This document shows positions 1-9,359 of a stretch of 64,000 bases of DNA, piece by piece. The stretch's first letter is position 1. The number at the start of each line of letters is the position of its first letter. Origin of the DNA: an uncultured virus (IMG/VR IMGVR_UViG_3300026136_000184) (lineage: Duplodnaviria; Heunggongvirae; Uroviricota; Caudoviricetes); the IMG/VR virus record IMGVR_UViG_3300026136_000184, positions 1 through 64,000 of that record; one strand, written 5' to 3'. The notes beneath the pieces are model-generated. The model did not search any database, had not been told where the DNA came from, and saw nothing but the letters and a program-made list of their open reading frames with translations. Position numbers and translations under genes: made by a program.

Positions 1-549
1 TTGGGGACCGCGACGTCCTGAGATGTGTACGTTGATTTTGAAATCCTGAAAGGACTTACCGTAACCCATTGCCCTTGCCATATCCACATGATATTCAAAC
101 TCCTCTATACTATTATCGACAATACTGTCAGTTTCTGAAGCAAGAACAGTAAACTGACCTGGATGAAATGATAGTCTGACATTGTTTGCACGTGCAACGT
201 CACCGATTGGCGAACATAGTTGCTCCATGCGATTGATGACATCAGTACGTTTGTAGAAGTATGAGAACTCCGGATGTGTGTAACCAGTCATCATATCACT
301 AGTTAGACGTACCATACGTAATGATTGGGGCAATGTAGCAACTTTAGATACAAGATTGTATGTATTAGTCAAGTTGCGTTCCATAACTTCCCACATCTTG
401 TCTTCTGCTTTGTCAGGATTATTACGCAACCACGTTAGTGTAGTGCCACCTGTATTGAGTCCCTCAGTAGAAACTAGTTGATCTTTGTCATTGATCTCAG
501 ACCATTTGCAGGCGAAACCTATACGTTTAATATTATTATCTGTAAACAT
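1..549 (-). CDS. uvsE: UV-damage endonuclease (runs off window edge)
   Basis: Not in the ORF track. Hand translation from ATG 549 gives MFTDNNIKRIGFACKW...MVRLTSD...VRLSFHPGQFTVLAS...EEFEYH...KINVHISG, which are UvsE motifs. Confidence 0.9.
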   Translation of the reverse strand, partial: MFTDNNIKRIGFACKWSEINDKDQLVSTEGLNTGGTTLTWLRNNPDKAEDKMWEVMERNLTNTYNLVSKVATLPQSLRMVRLTSDMMTGYTHPEFSYFYKRTDVINRMEQLCSPIGDVARANNVRLSFHPGQFTVLASETDSIVDNSIEEFEYHVDMARAMGYGKSFQDFKINVHISGRRGPQ

Positions 550-550
550 T

Positions 551-558
551 GATAAATA
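551..558 (+). promoter_or_regulatory. T4-type late promoter GATAAATA
   Basis: Variant of TATAAATA, 30 nt upstream of the 588 ORF; the motif recurs before many genes. Confidence 0.7.
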
Positions 559-587
559 CTCTTATAAAGTGATGGAAAAATGAACCT

Positions 588-2495
588 ATGAGTGATATAC
601 GAAACATACTAGATATGATACAGGAAAATGAGAAGGATGTCAAGCCTCATTTACCCGAATCTAATCCTGGAGAAACGTCAGATTTCGTCAAAAATAATGC
701 AAGATTTGCCGCTCACGCCGAAGAAACATTAGAAGCAATGGTCGATAAATTCGAGGTAGAAACTTTACCCGAATTTTTACGTGACGAAGGTGTTGCAGTT
801 CCAAATAGAGAAGTAGACGAAAATATCTCTGACAACAAATTACCAACTATCGACCAAGAAATGGATTCATATTTTGGATCTAAGCCAGGTGAATTAGAAG
901 AAGACGAATTAAACGAGTATAAATGGCAACCACGTGCTGATGGTAGCACTAGAATAGAAGTTGCTAAAGTATATCAATGTAATCAATGTGATGGAGACGG
1001 CACAGTAGTTGATGAAACTGAAGACGATGCCGAAGTTGTTACATGTAGACAATGTTTAGGTACAGGTCACGTTGATGCTGAAGGTAATCCAGTAAGAATT
1101 GGATTTGGTCCTAGAGAAGATGAAGTCGTTACAGGTAGAGAAGAAGAATTAGAAACTGACGACACTATGTTTGAAGAACTAGGTAAAGATGGTAAAAAAC
1201 CAGCAGTACCTTACAGCAAATCTACAGAAAAAGATTTAGCAGATAGAATGCTAAAAGCAACTCCCCCTAAGACAGACTCCAGAGATCATAATAAATCAGA
1301 CGAAGGTGAATGGGCTAGAGAACTTAGACATATCAAACAGTTAGGTGGACAGACTGGAAAACATGTTGCTGATGCAGATAAAGAAGTCGATGAAGCAATT
1401 GATGCACCTACAAGAGTCATTAAAGATAAAGAATTAAACGACTACTTAGACAGAGTTCTATCAAAAGATAAGAAGAAAACTGACAAGTACAAGTTGCCTT
1501 ATGTGCATAGATCAAACGTTAAGAACTATATTCCGATTGTAGATCCAGAAGGAAAACGATTTGATTTAGATAAGTTGGCCGCAGATATTACTGAAAGGCC
1601 TAAAACGTTACTTAAACAAAACGAAAAAATGCAACATAGTGACGGCACAACTAGTATCTTCTATAACATAGGTCTTCCTGCTTTAACAGGATTGGGTTAT
1701 GATGAAGAAAAGAAAGAGTTTGTAATCATTAATACATGCCCGGGAGCAGGCGAATGTAAGACATTCTGCTATGCATTAAAAGGTGGTTATGTACAATGGG
1801 CTCCAGTATCACTTAGTCAAACAAGAATTTTAAACTATTTGTATAATGATCCAAGTGGTTTCTTTGATCAATTAAATGCAGAAATTGATGAACAAAAACG
1901 TAAAGGTGATGCTAAACAAGAAAAACATAAAGTTACTGTACGTTGGCATGATGCAGGAGACTTCTTTTCTGACGAATACTTAGATTTAGCATACAAACTA
2001 GCCGCTACACATCCTACTGTAGACTTCTACGCATACACTAAAAGAGCAGATGTATCGGGTGCTACTCAAAATAGACCGCCCAACTTTATGATTAACTTCT
2101 CAATGGGTGCTAGAAAAGCAGAAGAAAAACGTGTAGACTTCGGTATTACTAAACATTCGACTGTTGTACCAAAAGACTTGTTTGGTGATCTACTCAAAAA
2201 AGATGGAAACAGATTAGTAAAAGGTCCTGATGGTGAATGGCAATGGAACAGTCCTAAAGACTATGAAACATTCAAAGAACGTATGGCTGCCAAATATTCT
2301 ATCGATCCTAAGTCAATCATCACTTATGATGAAATGATGAAAACACCATACGGTGGTGGTGGAGTAGGTGGCGGTGTAGCAGACGGAGATAGATCATTCA
2401 AAAGAGGAATTTATAACGTTATTGTCAAACCGGGAGACGGTGATGACTCAGCCAATCGTGCTGACGTTTTAGGTACTTACTTGTTAATGCACTAA
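588..2495 (+). CDS. Modular protein: acidic N-terminal region, CxxCxGxG zinc finger, C-terminal Gp88-like (radical-SAM-like) domain
   Basis: CNQCDGDG...CRQCLGTG; TCPGAGECKTFCYA, VRWHDAGDFF, FYAYTK, PNFMINFS. Confidence 0.7.
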   Translation: MSDIRNILDMIQENEKDVKPHLPESNPGETSDFVKNNARFAAHAEETLEAMVDKFEVETLPEFLRDEGVAVPNREVDENISDNKLPTIDQEMDSYFGSKPGELEEDELNEYKWQPRADGSTRIEVAKVYQCNQCDGDGTVVDETEDDAEVVTCRQCLGTGHVDAEGNPVRIGFGPREDEVVTGREEELETDDTMFEELGKDGKKPAVPYSKSTEKDLADRMLKATPPKTDSRDHNKSDEGEWARELRHIKQLGGQTGKHVADADKEVDEAIDAPTRVIKDKELNDYLDRVLSKDKKKTDKYKLPYVHRSNVKNYIPIVDPEGKRFDLDKLAADITERPKTLLKQNEKMQHSDGTTSIFYNIGLPALTGLGYDEEKKEFVIINTCPGAGECKTFCYALKGGYVQWAPVSLSQTRILNYLYNDPSGFFDQLNAEIDEQKRKGDAKQEKHKVTVRWHDAGDFFSDEYLDLAYKLAATHPTVDFYAYTKRADVSGATQNRPPNFMINFSMGARKAEEKRVDFGITKHSTVVPKDLFGDLLKKDGNRLVKGPDGEWQWNSPKDYETFKERMAAKYSIDPKSIITYDEMMKTPYGGGGVGGGVADGDRSFKRGIYNVIVKPGDGDDSANRADVLGTYLLMH

Positions 2496-3331
2496 TCCTT
2501 TACTACTTTAAGTAATTCTTCTAAACTGTACAATTCTTGCATATAATCTGACTTATCTTTCAACACAGTTTTAGGTAAGTCACCTTCTCTACGTGTTGAG
2601 TATACAACGTTAAAGTCTATATTATTGACTTGTTTAAATGTTTCGACCATTTCTTTAACACTGTGTCCTTTACCATGACCTAAACATTCAATCTTGTTTG
2701 TTGGCCTTTCGATTGCTGTTTTAAGTCCTGCACAAACTTCATTAACGTGTATATAATCTCTTACGCATGTGCCGTCGGGTGTGTCATAATCATCACCGAA
2801 TATAGTAAACTGTCCTTTACCTGGAGCCATTAGCAGATTTGCCATTAGTCCGTCTGGATTAGTCGGAGTAAATCCGTCGACCCCTGCTACATTGTAAAAT
2901 CTAAAAATAGTAAAGTCTTTTTTGCTCTGCGTAGTACAATACTCAGTTATGACATCTTCTGCCGCTTTCTTAGATGTGCCATATGGATCATAACAGAACT
3001 CAGCAACACCTGTCGATGCAAATATAAAGTTGTTAGTTTTGATCTTTGCCAATACATTCATCGTACCATTAAGGTTAGTGATGTAATATTGAATTGGTAC
3101 TTGTTTACTCTCGTTAACTCTGACTCTAGCCGCTAAATGTATCACTGCATCAAATTCTTCTGGAAACTCTCCGAAAGGATGATTGATGTCATGTTGTATA
3201 AACTGATTCTCTTTAATCTCTGCTTTAGGAGGAAGTATATCTAGTCCCCATATATCGTAATCATGTTTTAAATAATTAACTAAATGCGAACCTATGTAAC
3301 CCGAACATCCTGTTATTAATACTTTTTTCAT
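2492..3331 (-). CDS. galE: UDP-glucose 4-epimerase-like extended SDR
   Basis: TGCSGYIGSH, HLAA, YGTSK, RFYNVAG, DGTCVRDYIHV, RREGD. Confidence 0.9.
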   Translation of the reverse strand: MKKVLITGCSGYIGSHLVNYLKHDYDIWGLDILPPKAEIKENQFIQHDINHPFGEFPEEFDAVIHLAARVRVNESKQVPIQYYITNLNGTMNVLAKIKTNNFIFASTGVAEFCYDPYGTSKKAAEDVITEYCTTQSKKDFTIFRFYNVAGVDGFTPTNPDGLMANLLMAPGKGQFTIFGDDYDTPDGTCVRDYIHVNEVCAGLKTAIERPTNKIECLGHGKGHSVKEMVETFKQVNNIDFNVVYSTRREGDLPKTVLKDKSDYMQELYSLEELLKVVKD

Positions 3332-3555
3332 AATTTTATTGCCAATAATGTTAGTATTGAAATTAACAATACGTTAGTAAGAAAGATGCCTATGGCTAAT
3401 ATTGTGTGATACCATATCCATCTAGTTTTATATGCGTTTTCAATCGTTATTTCATCAGGATCTACATCATCCTTCATCATGTCTATAACGACTGTTTCTT
3501 TTTTAATCTCTATTGGTTCTGGCTTCTTCCAGAATTTTGTAAACCATTCGCCCAT
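3328..3555 (-). CDS. Small membrane protein
   Basis: 75 aa with a C-terminal hydrophobic helix; overlaps both neighbours. Confidence 0.65.
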   Translation of the reverse strand: MGEWFTKFWKKPEPIEIKKETVVIDMMKDDVDPDEITIENAYKTRWIWYHTILAIGIFLTNVLLISILTLLAIKL

Positions 3556-4907
3556 TATAATCCTTCAAATAATTGTGCTGATTGTGTACTTGATACAGTT
3601 TCAGGTGGTTGAAAATACGGATCAGTTGTCAACCAAGTGTCAGTATCTGTGTAACATACTATAAACTTATGCCTATTAGTCAATACACTTCGTACATCAT
3701 CAATACATATTGTACTTCTGTTCAGACTACTAATGTAATCTGCGTGACTTGTTGTGGTATGCTGTAATATACCTGCAGTCGAATTATTAGACTTTTTGCT
3801 AACAAAACTGTTAAAACAGTTTATCCACTTCTGAGCAATCAGTTGTTCTTGTGTATTATAATGTTCTAATGCACCTAACTTATAATAAGACTCTGCTGTA
3901 GGATATTCTTCATAAAGCACGGAGATAATATCTGCTACGTTACTTTTGTCTCCTACATAATAATACTTATCATCGAAATTCTTTAGCCAACGTTTTCCTT
4001 CATATGCCACAGTTGGCAATTGAATATGTTGTTCTAAAAATGCAATACCATAACTCTCAACAGTGCTTGGATTGAATGCTACCCTTGCACCAGTAATAAA
4101 GTTAACCTTTTCTTGTCCTATAATACCTGACTTAATTTCATAGTCTACACCTAACTCTTTTAATCGTGCTTCAAACTTCTTAGCACCATTTGCGTTAGTC
4201 ATAACTTTAGCAGGCAATTTAGTCTGCTCAATAACTTTCAAAAAGTCTTCAGGACCTTTTCCTTCTTCCCATCTACCTATATAAAGTACACCTGTTCTTT
4301 CTTTGTGATGTTCTTCTAATAGACTAGGTTCGGGTAATGGTATAGGTAAATGTACTCCTTTAAGTGTACCAAGTATCTGAGCATTAAACTCACTTTGCGT
4401 ACCGATAGTTGTATTAGAGATTTGCATTTGTAATCTCATTGAATGATTCACGTTGTCTAAGAAAGGATTCTTTGTATTCTCAAATAACTGACTTTCTAAA
4501 TGTGTGTAGTTGATAATCTGAATACAATCTTCTAATCCGATCTCAGACATTAAACGTGAAGTTTCGTAAGTATTACAAACAATAGAATCATACAGATTAG
4601 ACTCTAAGGCTTTGATCACTGAGTTTCTAAAGTTAATCATACGTTCTAAACAGTAACTATCGCCATACATGAAGATACCTTGATGTTTAGAATAAGACAA
4701 AGGATTGTCTGTGTAGATAAATCTAGCACCGTCGTTCTGCAAAGTCTTAGTAAACTCTGTATGCTTGTCAAACTTGTCTGTAATGATATCAACCTTGATA
4801 TTATTATCCTTCATTTGCTTTACGAAACTTAAAGCAAACTGTCCTATGCCCCCATGGGGAATAAGATGTTGATATGACATTAAGAATGCTATGCGTTTAT
4901 TGTACAT
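3555..4907 (-). CDS. GT-B (GT4-like) glycosyltransferase
   Basis: PHGGIG, YIGRWEEGKG, NPSTVESYGIAFLE. Start reassigned to ATG 4907 after GGGAGAG. Confidence 0.8.
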   Translation of the reverse strand: MYNKRIAFLMSYQHLIPHGGIGQFALSFVKQMKDNNIKVDIITDKFDKHTEFTKTLQNDGARFIYTDNPLSYSKHQGIFMYGDSYCLERMINFRNSVIKALESNLYDSIVCNTYETSRLMSEIGLEDCIQIINYTHLESQLFENTKNPFLDNVNHSMRLQMQISNTTIGTQSEFNAQILGTLKGVHLPIPLPEPSLLEEHHKERTGVLYIGRWEEGKGPEDFLKVIEQTKLPAKVMTNANGAKKFEARLKELGVDYEIKSGIIGQEKVNFITGARVAFNPSTVESYGIAFLEQHIQLPTVAYEGKRWLKNFDDKYYYVGDKSNVADIISVLYEEYPTAESYYKLGALEHYNTQEQLIAQKWINCFNSFVSKKSNNSTAGILQHTTTSHADYISSLNRSTICIDDVRSVLTNRHKFIVCYTDTDTWLTTDPYFQPPETVSSTQSAQLFEGL

Positions 4908-5187
4908 TTCTCTCCCACAACCAAGCACCGGCACCAAGATACTTAACCTTTTTGCCACCTGCTTTTTCTGTGTATTCGTCTTGTACGTCTACACCTATTC
5001 TGAAAAAGTCTCTGTCTGTTTTGCTAGGATTATCTGCAAGCCATAATTGCTTTGCATCTAGCATTAAGTAATATCCATCATTAGCATTCATGTAACTATT
5101 ATACTTCCTCTTAAAATCAATGTCAACATCTTTTATACCCAAAAAGGAAGGACCTTTCGATCCTTCGTGTTTTTCATTAATCATCAT
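4897..5187 (-). CDS. Hypothetical protein
   Basis: 96 aa ORF overlapping the GT start; the 5' end is uncertain. Confidence 0.6.
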   Translation of the reverse strand: MMINEKHEGSKGPSFLGIKDVDIDFKRKYNSYMNANDGYYLMLDAKQLWLADNPSKTDRDFFRIGVDVQDEYTEKAGGKKVKYLGAGAWLWERNVQ

Positions 5188-5315
5188 ATATTGTTTAGTA
5201 TTGTTCGGCCCATATTTTTTATTCTAAATGTCCTGTACTCGGCTGGGAATTCCCGTCAGGTGTGTAGTCACCATGTCACTTAGTCTCCTCTAAATCAATC
5301 GTTACAGTAATTATA

Positions 5316-5852
5316 TTACTTTTCACTATCTAATGTCAAGGGATTTTTAATTTTATTTTCCCAAATCTTTTTGACAATAAAAGACATTACTACATTCTTT
5401 GTAAGATAGTATTTTTGTTTAGATTTGGATAGATGTTTAAAGTCTCCTATTGTCTTTCTGCATGTTTTGTCTTCACAATTACACATCATCATAAATTCAG
5501 AGCCGTCTTCTTCAAAATCTTCACTGATCGTAGTAGAATAATCGTAGAAGATTTCTTCTCCTTCTTCGATATCTCTCAATGCTACTATGTAAACATCACT
5601 GCGTATTCCGCAATTCGGATTGCAATGATGATTGATTAGTAGTCCAGGTTCTTCTAAGTCTACATATACCTCATCGGCTATTTGCAATGGGTTACATTGC
5701 TTGTCGCCTTTGAGATATACATCTTGTAGTGATATAACAGGTCCAGTAAGATTTAATATTACTTCGCCTTCAGAGATTGCTTGAGTAGCAAAAACTCCTT
5801 TACCAAACTTCGATTCGTCTATACGATACTGTTCGGTTCTTTCGTTGTCCAA
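5316..5852 (-). CDS. SET-domain lysine methyltransferase with post-SET cysteines
   Basis: GKGVFA, INHHCNPNC, ALRDIEEGEEIFYDY, CNCEDKTCR. Confidence 0.9.
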   Translation of the reverse strand: MDNERTEQYRIDESKFGKGVFATQAISEGEVILNLTGPVISLQDVYLKGDKQCNPLQIADEVYVDLEEPGLLINHHCNPNCGIRSDVYIVALRDIEEGEEIFYDYSTTISEDFEEDGSEFMMMCNCEDKTCRKTIGDFKHLSKSKQKYYLTKNVVMSFIVKKIWENKIKNPLTLDSEK

Positions 5853-6040
5853 ACTATTTTAACTCCTCTACGATCAAGTTCATTTCTGCATTTTTGCTTG
5901 ATTTTAGGCCTACCATTACTGCTATTGATATAATCAATAAGTTCTTGTTTAGGAGTATTTTTAATATAGTAGTGAGTTGTAGTTACTACTTTAGTACCTC
6001 TTTGTACTGTTTTTTGTGATGGTTTAAATTTAATTGGCAT
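5819..6040 (-). CDS. Small basic hypothetical protein
   Basis: 73 aa ORF coupled to its neighbours. Confidence 0.6.
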   Translation of the reverse strand: MPIKFKPSQKTVQRGTKVVTTTHYYIKNTPKQELIDYINSSNGRPKIKQKCRNELDRRGVKIVWTTKEPNSIV

Positions 6041-6207
6041 TATCCTTGACCTCTATTAATAGACATTGAACGTTTCTTTGCCTTATTCATTGTACTCATC
6101 GCAATCTTTACTCTGCGACCCCTTCCACCAACACCCGTTGATGTGCATTTTTTACCTGAACCGTTAATTAACGACTTGTGTTTTATTTTTCTACTTGCTT
6201 TAGCCAT
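6040..6207 (-). CDS. Small basic protein ending in RGQG (type seen in T4-like phages)
   Basis: Not in the track: MAKASRKIKHKSLINGSGKKCTSTGVGGRGRRVKIAMSTMNKAKKRSMSINRGQG. AAGGA RBS and TATAAATA at 6226-6233. Confidence 0.7.
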   Translation of the reverse strand: MAKASRKIKHKSLINGSGKKCTSTGVGGRGRRVKIAMSTMNKAKKRSMSINRGQG

Positions 6208-6250
6208 TGTTCCTTTTAGTTTGTATATTTATAATTAAATATGGGTTGTA

Positions 6251-6742
6251 TTAAATTTCTACTGTGGTAGTAGGTTCTTCTATTTGAAGTAATCCAGAAG
6301 GGGGATTGTTATGTCCCATCATACTATCACTACTTCCAATAAATTCTTCTCGTTTCTCGTCCCAGTTTTTAAGGGCGTCTTTAATACTTGCTTCGGCTAA
6401 TACACTACAATGCAATTTAATAGGGGGCAATTCTAATGCGGCGGCTATGTCTCTGTCTTTAATTTCTTGTGCTTCTTCGACTGTCTTTCCCATTAGCATT
6501 TCAACAAACATAGTTGAACTTGCTATTGCTGAACCACAGCCATAAGTTTTAAACTTTACATCGATGATCTTTTCATTCTCATCTAGTTTGAGTTGCAATT
6601 TCATTACATCTCCACATGCAGGTGCCCCTGTCATTCCAGTTGCTACATCAGGATCATTTGGATCAAATCTTCCTACTGCATGTTTTTGAGGATTGTTAAG
6701 GACATCCTCGAACCTTTTTACTACTTTATCTGAATATGCCAT
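6251..6742 (-). CDS. iscU: Fe-S cluster scaffold IscU
   Basis: GAPACGDVMKLQ, KFKTYGCGSAIASS, LPPIKLHCSVLAE. Confidence 0.95.
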   Translation of the reverse strand: MAYSDKVVKRFEDVLNNPQKHAVGRFDPNDPDVATGMTGAPACGDVMKLQLKLDENEKIIDVKFKTYGCGSAIASSTMFVEMLMGKTVEEAQEIKDRDIAAALELPPIKLHCSVLAEASIKDALKNWDEKREEFIGSSDSMMGHNNPPSGLLQIEEPTTTVEI

Positions 6743-6748
6743 ACTACT

Positions 6749-6943
6749 TTAAAAATGTTTGCGAATTGTTTCTATCTTCTCCTCTGCGTTTGCTATTGCT
6801 TCAATCTGTGATTCAACTGCTTGGACAACATCAGGATGCTCTCCGATACCAGCAGGGTTATTAATGTAAACTTCAATATTGGCTTTTGCCATTGCAATCT
6901 CGCCTTCAAGTTTTTTAATTAATGCTTCTAATAGATAATTCAT
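6749..6943 (-). CDS. Small phage protein (PAGIGEHPD motif)
   Basis: 64 aa coiled-coil ORF, AAGGA RBS, GATAAATA at 6972-6979. Confidence 0.7.
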   Translation of the reverse strand: MNYLLEALIKKLEGEIAMAKANIEVYINNPAGIGEHPDVVQAVESQIEAIANAEEKIETIRKHF

Positions 6944-7014
6944 TGTTGTTTCCTTAGGGTTTATACATCAGTATTTATCACGTAATTCATTGATTTGCAA
7001 GAAATTAATGATTC

Positions 7015-7899
7015 TCATTTGCCTATTGCATTACCATAGATATGTACATGGACTCTGCTTGTATAATAATAACCTCGTCTGATTGCTTCATCTGCAATAC
7101 TTGCTTCAGTTTGTACTAAGCCTTCAAACGTTCCACCTACACCCATAATCCATACAGGATAATTACACCCTGCTTCTCTGAATAGTTTAGTGTTTTCTTC
7201 TACTTCACGCCAACTCTCGTCTGTCCCATTGACAACATACTTTAGTTGACCTACAGGACTAACTTCAGCATATCTACCTACTACTTCAGGTTTGATTGCT
7301 TTCTTAGATTGTTCACCTGCTGTTGACCATAGTTTAGGACTGATCGACCAATACCACTCTTTTTCATTCCAAGTATATTCTCGTTTTATCCATTCAGCAA
7401 ATTCATCTGTAATAGGCTTAGTCCCATTTGTTTCTACAGTTACATTTGAAGGTTGATTATTTCTGCGTTTAAATTCTTCTATAACTTCAATCATGCCGGG
7501 CTGTGTGTTTTTCAACATCGGCTCGCCGCCTGTAAACACCATATGTGATTCTTGTTGTGTAACAGGATGTCTAAATTTACCATGTGGTAACAGTGCTGTA
7601 AGTTCATCTACTGCTTCTGTCACAGTCTTATCTGTGATAAGATGTTTAAACTTCTTACTCCATGTGTATGAACTGTCACAACCTTTATCAAATACAGGAA
7701 GATCAAATACACTATCGATATTTGTAAGGTCAATCTTTTCATAAGGCAAGTCGTATGTACTAGGATCAGTTGGATCCTTCTGACCAAAGCCATTACATTG
7801 TAAATTACATAAAAAGAAACGCATCCATAATGACGGGATGCCTACGTATTGACCTTCACCTTGTGCTGAAAAGAATGTTTCACTATACTTTAGTGTCAT
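7015..7899 (-). CDS. queE: 7-carboxy-7-deazaguanine synthase (radical SAM)
   Basis: ETFFSAQGEG, RFFLCNLQC...GCDS, VFTGGEP, VETNGT, SISPK, RVH; clustered with queD and folE. Confidence 0.9.
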   Translation of the reverse strand: MTLKYSETFFSAQGEGQYVGIPSLWMRFFLCNLQCNGFGQKDPTDPSTYDLPYEKIDLTNIDSVFDLPVFDKGCDSSYTWSKKFKHLITDKTVTEAVDELTALLPHGKFRHPVTQQESHMVFTGGEPMLKNTQPGMIEVIEEFKRRNNQPSNVTVETNGTKPITDEFAEWIKREYTWNEKEWYWSISPKLWSTAGEQSKKAIKPEVVGRYAEVSPVGQLKYVVNGTDESWREVEENTKLFREAGCNYPVWIMGVGGTFEGLVQTEASIADEAIRRGYYYTSRVHVHIYGNAIGK

Positions 7900-8047
7900 C
7901 TACGTCCTCAATAGGGTTATCATAATAGTCATGTGTACCTGCTCTATACCTTGCTTTCTTTTCTGATACCATTACACTACTCATGTAGGCAAAGTAGCCT
8001 GCAATTACTGTAACTAAAAGTGCAATCATAAAATTTAGTATTTCCAT
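7883..8047 (-). CDS. Small membrane protein (54 aa)
   Basis: MEILNFMIALLVTVIAGYFAYMSS...; ATG 6 nt after the TATAAT of a promoter. Confidence 0.55.
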   Translation of the reverse strand: MEILNFMIALLVTVIAGYFAYMSSVMVSEKKARYRAGTHDYYDNPIEDVDDTKV

Positions 8048-8053
8048 TATCAT

Positions 8054-8082
8054 ATTATATCACCTATTGATAGTAAAGTCAA
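8054..8082 (-). promoter_or_regulatory. Sigma70-type promoter
   Basis: TTGACT-N17-TATAAT. Confidence 0.7.
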
Positions 8083-8084
8083 CA

Positions 8085-8642
8085 CTAATCTAACCACCAA
8101 CTTTCCCAGGGAAAGTCTAGCCAAAGATCGGGTGTTTCTAATCGATTAATCGATTCATATTGATAGTCAACTCCATCGAATTGACTTGCTTCATTGTTTA
8201 CGAGTACAGCAAACTTAATGTTTTGCTTCCAAACAACGTCCCATGTATTTCTTTCTTGAGGAAAACAAGATTGTTCCCAATCTTCTTTGATCCAATTAAG
8301 AGTTGCACCAGAATCATTGATGTCTTCTACAATGAGAATATTTTTACGTTTAGTTGCGTCCCATCTGTTTTTAAATACTGGAACATCATCTGGATTGACT
8401 ACGCCAAATGCTTCACAAGGCATCCATAGATTACTCTCTGGTCCTCCTTGAACATTATCACGTAATGATATGTCTAAAGTATGCATGGGAACTTTAAGAT
8501 AATGTGATATCATCTTAGCAGGCAGTAAACCACCTCTTGTTATTCCAACTACGTAGTCAGGTCTAAAATTATCTAAGTGCATCTGCCTTAGGATTTCTTG
8601 TACGGCGTTCTTTACGTCACCGATACTAAGCCGTTTGTTCAT
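8085..8642 (-). CDS. Purine phosphoribosyltransferase (Gpt/Hpt-like)
   Basis: VGITRGGL, PRPP loop ILIVEDINDSGAT, C-terminal WLDFPWE. Confidence 0.88.
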   Translation of the reverse strand: MNKRLSIGDVKNAVQEILRQMHLDNFRPDYVVGITRGGLLPAKMISHYLKVPMHTLDISLRDNVQGGPESNLWMPCEAFGVVNPDDVPVFKNRWDATKRKNILIVEDINDSGATLNWIKEDWEQSCFPQERNTWDVVWKQNIKFAVLVNNEASQFDGVDYQYESINRLETPDLWLDFPWESWWLD

Positions 8643-8826
8643 TTGCTTCCTTTATAACGCCATTGGTCCAATTTTTAGCACAGTCTTCTGCATAAAACTT
8701 TGACTTGCCAGGAAGGTACCTTCTTTCCTTTACTACGCCATCTTCGATAAGTTCAACTACGTAAACTTCTTCAGTGACTACTTTTGATTCTCTCATATTT
8801 TCTCCCTTATTACTGGTCTTTGACAA
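8626..8826 (-). CDS. Hypothetical protein
   Basis: Short ORF within a co-oriented run. Confidence 0.55.
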   Translation of the reverse strand: MSKTSNKGENMRESKVVTEEVYVVELIEDGVVKERRYLPGKSKFYAEDCAKNWTNGVIKEANEQTA

Positions 8827-8978
8827 GGCTCTAGTTCGCCTGCCAATGTTTCATGTGGTATATAATCAGTATCAGCAATAATCTGCTTTAACTTTTTATT
8901 AAATTTGCTACCATCATTTAAGAGTTCGTTACTATAAGGAACCTCTACTGTGATTGTTGCTCTTATTAATTTATCCAC
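8793..8978 (-). CDS. Hypothetical protein
   Basis: 61 aa ORF overlapping its neighbours. Confidence 0.5.
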   Translation of the reverse strand: MDKLIRATITVEVPYSNELLNDGSKFNKKLKQIIADTDYIPHETLAGELEPCQRPVIREKI

Positions 8979-9324
8979 TAATCTTTTTGTTAATTGCTTT
9001 TAGAATCTTATCTGCGTGTTTGTTACCGTCAAGTTCTTTTTCATCTACATGACCATCACCGTCTACGTCATAATTGACTTTAGCCCAGTTACCATACGCA
9101 ATAGTTATACATCTTTCACGTTCGGCTTGATCTTTCTCAAATGAATAATCACTGATAAGTTGTTGCATTTTATGTGCAACTACTTCATCCTTTTTACAAA
9201 TCTTCAATAATTCATCAAAAGGAAAAGTATCTAAAGTTAATTTTTTAGATTTTTTAGCAACAGTTTTTTTAGCAACCGGCTTTTTAGCAGGTGCTTTCTT
9301 TTTTGTTGTTTTTTTCTCTGCCAT
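8971..9324 (-). CDS. Protein with Lys/Ala-rich N-tail and EF-hand-like loop
   Basis: KKAPAKKPVAKK tail; DVDGDGHVDEKE loop; GGAG RBS. Confidence 0.65.
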   Translation of the reverse strand: MAEKKTTKKKAPAKKPVAKKTVAKKSKKLTLDTFPFDELLKICKKDEVVAHKMQQLISDYSFEKDQAERERCITIAYGNWAKVNYDVDGDGHVDEKELDGNKHADKILKAINKKISG

Positions 9325-9359
9325 TTTTCTTCTCCTATAATATGCTACTATTATATTTA

